A program made the position numbers and the translations under genes. From Massilicoli timonensis (GTDB taxonomy: Bacteria; Bacillota_I; Bacilli_A; Erysipelotrichales; Erysipelotrichaceae), in contig NZ_LT963434.1 in the NCBI RefSeq assembly GCF_900199515.1, positions 873,272-905,271 on the forward strand: a DNA stretch of 32,000 bases. Reading direction: 5' to 3'. Below the pieces are notes generated by a model that did no database searches, had not been told where the DNA came from, and saw only the letters and a list, made by a program, of their open reading frames with translations. Shown here in pieces: positions 8,156 to 16,539 of this stretch. Positions within the stretch are counted from its first letter, which is position 1; each line of letters opens with the position of its first letter.

Positions 8156-10428
8156 GAAAGCTGCTCCCGCTTCGCTTCGATCCGTTTCACGATCTGCTTG
8201 ATCACCGTTTCCTCTTCCTCATAGAAATGCACATGGAAACTGCGCACACCTGCCTCATAGAATGCAGGAAGCGCATCGATCCAATCGCGTACCTGCGGTG
8301 ATAACACATGCATCAGACAATCCTCATCACCATATAATGGAAAGCGGCGTCCTTTTTCATCCTGCAAGGCATAGTGATGCGCATGACATTTCCCGCAATG
8401 GATCGCACCGTTCGCCAATACATCAGCGATGACACAATGCTTGGAGATCATATCCTCCATTCTGCCATAGATCTTGATACCTGCCTGAAAGGTCGTACCG
8501 AAACGCTGTCGGTATGCTTTGATGATGGCTGCTGCCTGTTCTTTTTCACATTCATCTGACAAGCAGATATCCTCTATGCCATATTCTTGCAGAAAACGTA
8601 CCGCCGAAGCGTTTACCACATTGAGCGATGCACCGCTGATCTTTGCCTTTTTCGATCTTAAACCGCCGATTTCCTGAATCAGGGTTTCCTCTTGATAAGG
8701 ATGCGTTTTGACACGTGATGCACCTTTTATCGCATGGATGCCTTCTTTTCGCAGTGTTTCCCAAAGCGTTCCGTAAGCGACGATTTCTCCCTTTGCATCC
8801 TTTAACGCCGCTGCCTGCCTGCTTTGGTGCACATGATAATACACCTTTAGCGGATAAACGCTCTGAGGCGATGACGCGATCGCTTCCACCTCTTTCCACA
8901 CTGTTCTTTCTTTATAACGGCGCATGCGCTTATGTGCCAAGGCATCTAAAGCATTTCTTCTCACCTCATTTAACGCCTTATTGGCGATAAACAAGTGGTC
9001 CTGCACCTCGATCTGCATAGATGTGATTTGGAAAGGCGTATCGCCGCATTTAGACAGCTGCTTCGCGATCGCTTCTTTCCCCATGCCGGCGCTTTTTGCC
9101 GCTTCACAACCGATCTCACTTTCCGCATATACTTCCCGCTCCCCATCATTCACCCAAAGCCGCACGACATGACCAACTTTCAATTCAGCACGCATTTTAA
9201 TCAAGACCTTACGCGGTCTTGCCTTTACCTGTGCCTGCAATGCCTGTTCCAGCAGCACATCACTGCTTTTGATCAGTTTCGCACCGACCTCGACATAGCC
9301 TCTTTTATCAAGCGCGACCTGTTCACCGGCCTTGGCGTGAGAAATCAGCCTGCCGCTTGTATCATACATACGATTGACGATGAAGCCATCATCCTCTTTT
9401 GCTTTCAAAATACGCACCCCATCACCCTGATGCAGATCTGCACACAAAGAAACAGAAATGCGATCCCGGCGCACCGATACCACTTTGCCAAGTGCTACTC
9501 CCATATGATTGGGGCGATATTGATTGATGAGCTGCGGTCCTCTTTGTTCATACAGATGTCCCAGCGTAAAACCGCGATGAAACAATCGCTGCAAGGCTGG
9601 CAGATCCTGCCTGCTGTGATAAGCTTTTTTCTGTAAATGCGCGTCAATGGCACGGCGATAACTGCTTACCACCTGCGCCACATATTCACTTTTTTTCATG
9701 CGCCCCTCTATTTTGAAGGAAGCAACCCCGGCATCGATCAGATCCCCGATATGATCTAAGGTACAAAGATCCTTCGGCGACAATAAATAACTGCCGGCCG
9801 ATGCGACCTTTTGTCCTTCTTCTAAAAGCGTATAGCGCATCCTGCAAGGCTGCGCACACATGCCCCGATTACCGCTGCGCTTGAATAAATCGGCGCTTAA
9901 CAGACACTGCCCCGAATAGCTGACACAAAGCGCACCATGCACAAATGCTTCGATTTCCACATCTGTTTCACAAAAGCGGCGCAGATCCGCCAAGCTCGTT
10001 TCTCTGGCAACCACCTCACGCTTTACGCCATATTCCTTCAACAAGGCGATTCCGTCTTCCTGATGCACGTGCATCTGTGTAGAAGCGTGCAGCTCCATAT
10101 CCGGAAAATGCAAATGGATCAGACGCAGCACCCCTAAATCCTGAATGATCAAGGCATCTACATCACTTTTCTGCAATTCTTCCACATAAGCAAGACAAGC
10201 TTCCATCTCCTCTTCGTAAACAAGCGTATTGACCGTTACATAGACCTTTACCCCATAAAGGTGTGCATAAGCGATCGCTTCTTTTAACTGCTCCCGATCA
10301 AAATTAGCCGCAAAGGCTCTTGCCCCAAATGCCTGTCCTCCCAAATAAACAGCATCTGCCCCACACTGTACCGCTGCCTCAAGCGCCTCCATTGATCCAG
10401 CCGGCGCAAGCAATTCCACTTTTCTCAT
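8152..10428 (-). CDS. U32 family peptidase (PrtC/collagenase-like, long form), 758 aa
   Basis: N-terminus MRKVELLAPAGSMEALEAAVQCGADAVYLGG and the E-x-F-x-H-G-A-L-C region (EAFVHGALCVSYSGQCLLS) are typical of U32. RBS GAGGTG. Confidence 0.85.
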   Translation of the reverse strand: MRKVELLAPAGSMEALEAAVQCGADAVYLGGQAFGARAFAANFDREQLKEAIAYAHLYGVKVYVTVNTLVYEEEMEACLAYVEELQKSDVDALIIQDLGVLRLIHLHFPDMELHASTQMHVHQEDGIALLKEYGVKREVVARETSLADLRRFCETDVEIEAFVHGALCVSYSGQCLLSADLFKRSGNRGMCAQPCRMRYTLLEEGQKVASAGSYLLSPKDLCTLDHIGDLIDAGVASFKIEGRMKKSEYVAQVVSSYRRAIDAHLQKKAYHSRQDLPALQRLFHRGFTLGHLYEQRGPQLINQYRPNHMGVALGKVVSVRRDRISVSLCADLHQGDGVRILKAKEDDGFIVNRMYDTSGRLISHAKAGEQVALDKRGYVEVGAKLIKSSDVLLEQALQAQVKARPRKVLIKMRAELKVGHVVRLWVNDGEREVYAESEIGCEAAKSAGMGKEAIAKQLSKCGDTPFQITSMQIEVQDHLFIANKALNEVRRNALDALAHKRMRRYKERTVWKEVEAIASSPQSVYPLKVYYHVHQSRQAAALKDAKGEIVAYGTLWETLRKEGIHAIKGASRVKTHPYQEETLIQEIGGLRSKKAKISGASLNVVNASAVRFLQEYGIEDICLSDECEKEQAAAIIKAYRQRFGTTFQAGIKIYGRMEDMISKHCVIADVLANGAIHCGKCHAHHYALQDEKGRRFPLYGDEDCLMHVLSPQVRDWIDALPAFYEAGVRSFHVHFYEEEETVIKQIVKRIEAKREQLS

Positions 10429-10454
10429 CTGCTCACCTCAATTTAACTGTAATG

Positions 10455-10483
10455 ATTATAGCGAAGTTTTATCAAAAACACAA
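10455..10483 (-). promoter_or_regulatory. Sigma-A-type promoter of the U32-MATE-dehydrogenase operon
   Basis: Minus strand reads TTGTGT (10478-10483), 17 nt, TATAAT (10455-10460). Confidence 0.55.
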
Positions 10484-10511
10484 TGAATGCCCATCTTAAA
10501 ATCCTATCATG

Positions 10512-10536
10512 AAAAAAAGCTGCTCTTAACAGCTTT
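10512..10536 (-). terminator. Terminator of deoC
   Basis: Minus strand reads AAAGCTG-ttaagag-CAGCTTT followed by TTTTTCAT. The deoC stop codon lies in the loop. Confidence 0.6.
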
Positions 10537-11236
10537 CTTTCCGTTTTGTCAATTCATGAATCAATGAGATGCCGCTGCTTGTGCCGATTCGTTTCGCTCC
10601 GGCCTCGATCATGGCAAGCGCCGTGTCCAGATCACGAATACCGCCTGCCGCCTTCACCGCGATCGCTTCATCGACGTGTTCTACCATTAGTTTGACATCT
10701 TCAAGGGTTGCTCCGCCAACACCGAAACCGGTGCTTGTCTTAATGAAATCGGGTCTGACACGATTGGCAATTTCACATAGTTGGATCTTTTCCTCATCAT
10801 TCAAATAACAGTTTTCGAAAATTACTTTACAAATGACATGATACTTGTGACAAAGCGCTACCATCTGTCTCATCTCATCCTCGATATACGCATAGTCATG
10901 GTCTTTTACTTTTGTCAAATTGACGACATAATCAATTTCATCGGCGCCATTTCGCAGTGCATCCTCACATTCAAACAGTTTTGTTGCAATGGTCGTCTGC
11001 CCCAAAGGGAAGGAGATGGCGGCGCCTACATGCACAGCACTGTCGCACAGCCACTTTTTACAGCAGGAAGTCTGCACCGAGTTAATGGCTACCATGCAAA
11101 AGCCATATTCTTTTGCTTCCTCACAAAGCTTTTTCATGTCCGCTTCGCTCGCATCCGGTTTCAAGTTCGTATGATCAATATAAGCAGCTAATTCTTTTGC
11201 ATCCACATTTACACCCGCTTTCATTTGTAATGACAT
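10526..11236 (-). CDS. deoC: Deoxyribose-phosphate aldolase
   Basis: IDHTNLKP near the N-terminus. Schiff-base lysine region DFIKTSTGF. C-terminal VKAAGGIRD...GA.RIGTSSG. The start could be 11236 or the second ATG at 11224; neither has an SD. Confidence 0.9.
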   Translation of the reverse strand: MSLQMKAGVNVDAKELAAYIDHTNLKPDASEADMKKLCEEAKEYGFCMVAINSVQTSCCKKWLCDSAVHVGAAISFPLGQTTIATKLFECEDALRNGADEIDYVVNLTKVKDHDYAYIEDEMRQMVALCHKYHVICKVIFENCYLNDEEKIQLCEIANRVRPDFIKTSTGFGVGGATLEDVKLMVEHVDEAIAVKAAGGIRDLDTALAMIEAGAKRIGTSSGISLIHELTKRKESC

Positions 11237-11263
11237 TATATCATATTGGAATAAGGATGTAAA
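11235..11263 (-). promoter_or_regulatory. Near-consensus promoter overlapping the first deoC ATG
   Basis: Minus strand reads TTTACA (11258-11263), 17 nt, TATAAT (11235-11240). The second ATG begins 10 nt after the -10. Confidence 0.5.
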
Positions 11264-11326
11264 TATTTTCTGTCAGTCATTTCCTTTTTTTCACACAATC
11301 GGTTTACCTTAAACACCCTTTATCCT

Positions 11327-11352
11327 AAAAAAAGAAGCCTTCGCTTCTTTTT
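11327..11352 (-). terminator. Terminator after the frl-locus GntR regulator
   Basis: Minus strand reads AAAGAAGC-gaag-GCTTCTTT followed by TTTT, 3 nt after the stop codon. Confidence 0.7.
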
Positions 11353-11354
11353 CC

Positions 11355-12131
11355 TTATTGATTGATGCACCCCTTAAAATCAGGTGATACGACATCTAAA
11401 CGCATATTATAGCGTTCGCTCAGATAATATGCGATCGAATACTCCAGCGGCAGATTCTCAACTGAAAATCCTTTCGTTACGATGCGTAGGATCGGTGCAC
11501 CTTCCTTTGTTCCAAGCATTTCCGCGATCTCAGCCGTCGCCGCGATGGCACGCACACTTTTTTCCGTTCTTGCGACATACAAACCATACTCTTTTTTCAT
11601 ATTTTCATAGAGCGATACCTTCGCAAAGTTCAGATTTTCAATCCCGCGAAACAGCCTGTAAGGAATATAGGTAAACTCAAAGACCAGCGGTTCGCCATCC
11701 GCAAAACGCAGCCGCTGCAGTGCAATCGCTTTTCCATCACGCAGCTGCAATGCCGAAGCAATTTCCGGCGAAGCATTTTCCACCGCACATTTTTTGACCT
11801 CTGTGCGATGCGTTACACCAAGCGCTTCCATCTCCTCATTAAACTGCATGATCTTATTGACAAATTTAGAGGAAAGCGAGTGCTTTGCCACAAATGTTCC
11901 TTTTGCCCGCTGTCTGGTCAAATATCCCTCATTTACCAATTCCGCAAAAGCCTGTCGCAGCGTCGGCCGAGAAATGGCATACAGCTTGCACAGTTCTTCT
12001 TCCGTCGGAATCAGATCTCCTTCATGCAATTCATTGGCTTCGATCTTGTCAATGATGAATTGCTTAAACTGATAATACAGCGGAATTGCGGACTGTCTTT
12101 GCAGAACAAGTTTTTCATAGAGTTTATCCAT
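11355..12131 (-). CDS. GntR family (HutC/UTRA subfamily) transcriptional regulator, 258 aa
   Basis: N-terminal wHTH (LIPTEEELCKLYAISRPTLRQAFAELVNEGYLTRQRAKGTFV) plus a UTRA-like C-terminal half. RBS AAAGGAG. Confidence 0.85.
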   Translation of the reverse strand: MDKLYEKLVLQRQSAIPLYYQFKQFIIDKIEANELHEGDLIPTEEELCKLYAISRPTLRQAFAELVNEGYLTRQRAKGTFVAKHSLSSKFVNKIMQFNEEMEALGVTHRTEVKKCAVENASPEIASALQLRDGKAIALQRLRFADGEPLVFEFTYIPYRLFRGIENLNFAKVSLYENMKKEYGLYVARTEKSVRAIAATAEIAEMLGTKEGAPILRIVTKGFSVENLPLEYSIAYYLSERYNMRLDVVSPDFKGCINQ

Positions 12132-12171
12132 GGCGCGCCGCTCCTTTCTTACAATTTTATTAGTTTATAAC

Positions 12172-12180
12172 ATTATAACA
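12172..12180 (-). promoter_or_regulatory. Extended -10 promoter element for the GntR gene
   Basis: Minus strand reads TGtTATAAT. There is no good -35. Confidence 0.4.
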
Positions 12181-12247
12181 TAGAATTGACTGCTTATCTA
12201 ATGAAAAAGAACATTCTATCTGCTTGCGGCCCTGTTTTCTCCTTTTT

Positions 12248-13102
12248 CTACTCCATCATTTTACGTGGATAGCCATAACCTCCTGCGCGCAGACAGTTTT
12301 GCGCCGCATAACGCTTCCCTGCTTCCATCGCTTTTTGCATTTGCGATACCGACAGTACTTGCCCTTTCTGCCAGCCGCTATCCACCAATTCACGAACACA
12401 GGCAGCTAAATAAGAATCACCGGCACCCATCGTATCCAGCGGTTCCACATAGGCAATCGCACCGCGTATAAAATCGCTGCCGTTATAAAACAACTGCCCA
12501 TCACCATCCGTGATCAACACATGCACTGCACCATAAGCATGTATTTCACGGGCAAAGGCCTTTTGTTCCTCCTCGCTCCTATCATCACAGGAGAACAGCG
12601 CCAGATCCAAATAAGGGCACACTTTCTTCAAATAATCGTCTGTCCGATATTTATCCTTGGTGCTGAAATCATAAGTGATCACCCCATGACAACGCTTCAA
12701 TAGAGCGATCTGATCTTCCATATGGGCGTTACAGCTGGAATGGATCACATCAAACGTATCCAAATAAATCAGATCGGCTTCCTTTAACATCGGTGCGCCG
12801 GGCCAATTCTTCCCTAGATCTACCTTGACAAACTCCCGTTCCCCTTCATAAACATTCACATCGCATTTCTTTGTCGTACCGTCTTTCACAAATTCACAAT
12901 GGGAAAGATCCACTCCCAGATCACACAGGCTCTCTTTGATCAGTTTCCCTTCTGTATCTTCGGCAATTCTGCCTAAATAGGCGCTTTTCTCCCCTAAAAG
13001 CGCCGCATGTGCCGCCACATTGACGGCATTGCCGCCGGGATACATGACTTTTAAGTTCAGATAGCGATCTACTACATTATCGCCTACTCCCACTAATCTC
13101 AT
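12248..13102 (-). CDS. PfkB-family sugar kinase, fructoselysine-6-kinase (FrlD)-like, 284 aa
   Basis: GDNVVDRY...GGNAVNVA N-terminus and the DTMGAGDS ATP/anion-hole motif, as I recall them from E. coli FrlD. RBS TAGGAG. Confidence 0.75.
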   Translation of the reverse strand: MRLVGVGDNVVDRYLNLKVMYPGGNAVNVAAHAALLGEKSAYLGRIAEDTEGKLIKESLCDLGVDLSHCEFVKDGTTKKCDVNVYEGEREFVKVDLGKNWPGAPMLKEADLIYLDTFDVIHSSCNAHMEDQIALLKRCHGVITYDFSTKDKYRTDDYLKKVCPYLDLALFSCDDRSEEEQKAFAREIHAYGAVHVLITDGDGQLFYNGSDFIRGAIAYVEPLDTMGAGDSYLAACVRELVDSGWQKGQVLSVSQMQKAMEAGKRYAAQNCLRAGGYGYPRKMME

Positions 13103-13112
13103 AAATACGCTC

Positions 13113-14120
13113 CTAATAAGACTCCACGCGATAGTAACGGCGAATGTCTAGTGAATGCTCGGTAACTGCCTCCATATTTTTGGAAATGCGCTGCAAGATC
13201 GCATTCATCACGACCGGCGACAAGATGCCTCTGAACGCATCGCTGATGCCCGCAAACGGATAATCCGCCGTATCGAAGCATGTGAATTTATCCGTATGCG
13301 TTTCTAAGAAACGTTTTACCCGCAGATCGAGTTCTCTTGTTTTGCCTTCTGTCACCACCAGTGTACAGCACACACCCTTTTCTACCAGTTCCAATGTCCC
13401 ATGAAAAAACTCCGGCGAAGATACCGACTTGGTGCGGATCCATTGACTTTCCTCCAATACACACATGGCGAACGCATAGCATACCGGCCAGCAGTTGCCT
13501 GAGCCGATCCAGATATTGTATGGTTCTTTATGATAATCCTGTGCATACTGTTTTGCTTTTTCATCAACGGCGATACGCACATCACATAATACCTGCGGCA
13601 AATGCTTCAGTTCATCCGCAAACTGTGGATATGCGTCAAAATAGCCCTCTATATGAAGCAGCTTCCCAATCAACAAATACAAGATCAGTTCCTGTGGCCG
13701 TCCATCTCCGTAAACAACGCTGTAATCGCTGATCTTCTCTAACGGCGAATCACTTTTACCGATCACCGATACCAGTCGCACCCCTTTTTCCTTTAATACT
13801 TTGGCAGCTGCCATCGTTTCTTTCGTATCGCCGGACTTTGACGCTAAAAAAGCAACGGTTCCTTCCTTTACCTGATTATGACCGCAGGCAAGATATTCTG
13901 CGGAAATCATGCGGTATACCGGAATATCCGACATCTCATTTACCATATCCCAAAATGGGTCCATCATCGCCTGGCTGCCGCCGCTGGAAGTAAAAAACAG
14001 GTTGGTAAAGTCTTCTTTGCAGATCACTTCCGCAATATGCTCGATCATCGAACGCTTTTCATAAATAGACGCTCCGATCTTCAAAAAGTTCTGTTCATCG
14101 AAATTAACCATTTCTTTCAT
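13113..14120 (-). CDS. SIS-domain protein, fructosamine-6-phosphate deglycase (FrlB)-like, 335 aa
   Basis: Two SIS-type halves (FFTSSGGS..., LASKSGDTKET). Its size and its position next to the FrlD-like kinase fit. RBS AAGGAG lies 8 nt upstream. Confidence 0.7.
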   Translation of the reverse strand: MKEMVNFDEQNFLKIGASIYEKRSMIEHIAEVICKEDFTNLFFTSSGGSQAMMDPFWDMVNEMSDIPVYRMISAEYLACGHNQVKEGTVAFLASKSGDTKETMAAAKVLKEKGVRLVSVIGKSDSPLEKISDYSVVYGDGRPQELILYLLIGKLLHIEGYFDAYPQFADELKHLPQVLCDVRIAVDEKAKQYAQDYHKEPYNIWIGSGNCWPVCYAFAMCVLEESQWIRTKSVSSPEFFHGTLELVEKGVCCTLVVTEGKTRELDLRVKRFLETHTDKFTCFDTADYPFAGISDAFRGILSPVVMNAILQRISKNMEAVTEHSLDIRRYYRVESY

Positions 14121-14137
14121 CTTATATCTCCTTATTT

Positions 14138-14160
14138 ATGACACATCTTCCTATTGTCAT
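14138..14160. promoter_or_regulatory. Inverted repeat ATGACA-N11-TGTCAT in the frlB-like 5' region (candidate GntR operator)
   Basis: Perfect 6-bp arms. It lies between a TTGACA -35 (14175-14180) and the RBS, overlapping the weak -10 (GACAAT). It shares TGTGTCATA with the PTS 5' region. Confidence 0.35.
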
Positions 14161-14206
14161 GCTTTGTTTCCATTTGTCAATAAACACACTAATGTCCTAA
14201 CATTTC

Positions 14207-14241
14207 AAAAAAAAGAGGACCCCCGCTGCCGCGGAAGTCCT
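14207..14241 (-). terminator. Strong terminator after the PTS IID gene
   Basis: Minus strand reads AGGACTTCCGC-ggca-GCGGGGGTCCT (11 bp including two G-U pairs) followed by CTTTTTTTT. Confidence 0.75.
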
Positions 14242-14262
14242 TTTTAACAGTTATTTATCAGA

Positions 14263-15054
14263 TTACATCCATCCTAAATAGGACATTGCAATGCCGAATA
14301 CGATGATTCCTAAGATAACTGCCAGTACAGACATGTTCTTTTTCTTGAACAAGTAGTAAATTAAGAATACAAAGCCGAGCGGCAGGATATTTGGCATAAC
14401 ATTATCGAAGATGCTCTGTACCGTAGCTTCATTGATACCGTAAGTTAAGCCTTCGCCAAATGCAAATGTGATATAAGTCGGAATCAACCCGCCGACTACC
14501 ATGACACCCAAGATACCTGCGGCACGAGTGATCGCGTTCGCATTTTCAGAAATCGTAGAAACCGCTTTTGTACCTAAGCTATAACCCAAACGAGCAAACC
14601 AGATACGAGAGATCGCTGATACGAACCAAATTGCGATATACAGAAGCGGTCCAAGCGGTGAACCGTCTTGTGCTAATGAAGTACAGATTGCGGCAGAAAT
14701 AGGGAGCAGCGTAAACCAGAAGATCGCATCTCCAAGTCCTGCCAATGGTCCAAACAAACCGTTCTTGATATTGCAGATCAAGGTACGATCTTCTCCAGCT
14801 TCTTCCATAGAAACGATCAGACCCATCAAGAAAGTTGCCATGTGCATTTCAGTGTTGATGAATTCCATGTTTTTGGTCATGAAGTCAGCCAACTGTTCTT
14901 TATCATCACCATAGATCTTTTTAATGGTAGGCAACATAGAGCAAGTAAAGCCCAGCGCCTGCATACGTTCAAAACTGAAACCGATCTGTTCAATAACTGA
15001 GTACAAACCTAACTTTGTTAAGTCGCTCTTTGTAATTTTGTAATTAGATGCCAT
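14263..15054 (-). CDS. PTS mannose/fructose/sorbose family IID component
   Basis: IID-like N-terminus (KITKSDLTKLGLYS...ERMQALGF) and a hydrophobic C-terminal half. I prefer the ATG at 15054 (GGAGGTG 9 nt upstream) over the track start at 15072. Confidence 0.85.
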   Translation of the reverse strand: MASNYKITKSDLTKLGLYSVIEQIGFSFERMQALGFTCSMLPTIKKIYGDDKEQLADFMTKNMEFINTEMHMATFLMGLIVSMEEAGEDRTLICNIKNGLFGPLAGLGDAIFWFTLLPISAAICTSLAQDGSPLGPLLYIAIWFVSAISRIWFARLGYSLGTKAVSTISENANAITRAAGILGVMVVGGLIPTYITFAFGEGLTYGINEATVQSIFDNVMPNILPLGFVFLIYYLFKKKNMSVLAVILGIIVFGIAMSYLGWM

Positions 15055-15844
15055 CTTCGTCGTCACCTCCATCTACTGCAACTGCCGCCGCAGAAGCAGC
15101 TTTCATTTTCTGGTTGTACAGATAGTCGATATAAGCAATCGCAACTGCAACCATCGCAATCGGAAGTACATTGTCAACTCCGGTAAAAGTAGCCATGAAG
15201 AATCCGATGAACAGATAAGGAATGTTCTGGTTGTTTAACATAACCATCAACAATAAACCCAAACCTACTGCCGGAAGCATGTTGCCGGCAACTTCAAAGC
15301 CATGTACCAATTCTGTTGGGAAGGCATTAACGAAGTTCTGGATCGGTTCCTGTAAACCATAAGCAGCCAAGAACGCAACGATTGCCATTGCCCCTGACTT
15401 TACGAACCAAGCGCCGTAGCAGATACGTGTAAATTTACCTGTATCCCCTGCTTTAGCGGCTTTTTCACACATACGAACAACAGTTGAATAAGCTGTGTTG
15501 AAGAAAATACCTAACCACTGTGCCAATAAAGCAAATGGCAAGGAAAGACCAAGTGCTGTTTCAGCACCTCTGCCTGTCGTATAAGCGATGACAACAGTCA
15601 TGAAACCTGCCATCAGCGGATCAGGCGGTACGGTACCTCCTACGGTAAGCAAGCCCAGATATGAAAGTTCGGCAACGGCCCCGGCCTTAATGCCTAATTC
15701 CATATCTCCAAGAACGATACCTGAGAAGAATGCCACTACCATTGGTCTGAACCAATAGAATGCTTCCATCTGCTGGTCCAATGCACAGATGAAAACGACA
15801 ATCATCAGCAGAAGTCCTTGAATTAATGTAATTTCATTCATCAA
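15044..15844 (-). CDS. PTS mannose/fructose/sorbose family IIC component
   Basis: Polytopic membrane protein, 266 aa, positioned between IIB and IID as in man-type PTS operons. Confidence 0.85.
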   Translation of the reverse strand: MMNEITLIQGLLLMIVVFICALDQQMEAFYWFRPMVVAFFSGIVLGDMELGIKAGAVAELSYLGLLTVGGTVPPDPLMAGFMTVVIAYTTGRGAETALGLSLPFALLAQWLGIFFNTAYSTVVRMCEKAAKAGDTGKFTRICYGAWFVKSGAMAIVAFLAAYGLQEPIQNFVNAFPTELVHGFEVAGNMLPAVGLGLLLMVMLNNQNIPYLFIGFFMATFTGVDNVLPIAMVAVAIAYIDYLYNQKMKAASAAAVAVDGGDDEDGI

Positions 15845-15915
15845 AACCTCTCTCCTTTCATGATGAAATATTTTTATCAGCTATCCCCAAACAGCTGAAT
15901 AAAAACCGAATGTAA

Positions 15916-16389
15916 TTAGATATCGTATTTCTTGTCGCCCGGCGCGATCTGAATATAAACCTTCGTACCGGATGCCTTGATATCCTCAAATGTTTTCAAG
16001 TCCGCATCATCCACATATACATGGGATTCTTTCAATACATGCTTGCCTTCGCTCGCATGCATATTGCCGACATTGAGTTCCTTGATCGGAACACCGCCCT
16101 GAATCAGCTTCAGTGCATTTTGCGGTGTTTTACATACCAAGAATATTTTTTGTGACGCCTTTGCTTTATGAATGATATCGATCGTTTTCTGCAAAGTGAA
16201 GAAACGAATTCCCACACCGACAGACTGCGCTGTCATATTCATCAAAGACTGTTGTACCGGATCGTTTGCGGCATCGTCATCGGCAACGACGATCAGATTC
16301 GGTCCGACTGCGCCGACCCAGGCATTACCAACCTGTCCATGCACCAATCGGTTATCAATACGTGTTAATAAAATATTTGGTTCTGACAT
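15916..16389 (-). CDS. PTS mannose/sorbose family IIB component
   Basis: Signature LTRIDNRLVHGQV containing the phospho-histidine. I prefer the ATG at 16389 (8 nt after GGAG) over 16395. Confidence 0.85.
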   Translation of the reverse strand: MSEPNILLTRIDNRLVHGQVGNAWVGAVGPNLIVVADDDAANDPVQQSLMNMTAQSVGVGIRFFTLQKTIDIIHKAKASQKIFLVCKTPQNALKLIQGGVPIKELNVGNMHASEGKHVLKESHVYVDDADLKTFEDIKASGTKVYIQIAPGDKKYDI

Positions 16390-16418
16390 AATCATCTCTC
16401 CTTTTCCTATATCAGATA

Positions 16419-16439
16419 TGACACAATAGCGTTGTGTAA
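16419..16439. promoter_or_regulatory. Inverted repeat TGACACAA-N5-TTGTGTAA downstream of the PTS promoter (candidate operator or RNA hairpin)
   Basis: 7 of 8 bp match in the arms. It lies between the -10 and the RBS and contains the shared 9-mer TGTGTCATA (minus strand, 16417-16425). Confidence 0.35.
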
Positions 16440-16454
16440 CCGTTTTCTAAGGAA

Positions 16455-16483
16455 ATTTTACTGCGTTTCTTTGAATATGTCAA
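16455..16483 (-). promoter_or_regulatory. Sigma-A-type promoter of the PTS IIB-IIC-IID operon
   Basis: Minus strand reads TTGACA (16478-16483), 17 nt, TAAAAT (16455-16460). Confidence 0.6.
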
Positions 16484-16539
16484 TATGTAATAACATTTTT
16501 GTAGGTGCAATCCCCTTCCAATTATTTACATGATCTGCA

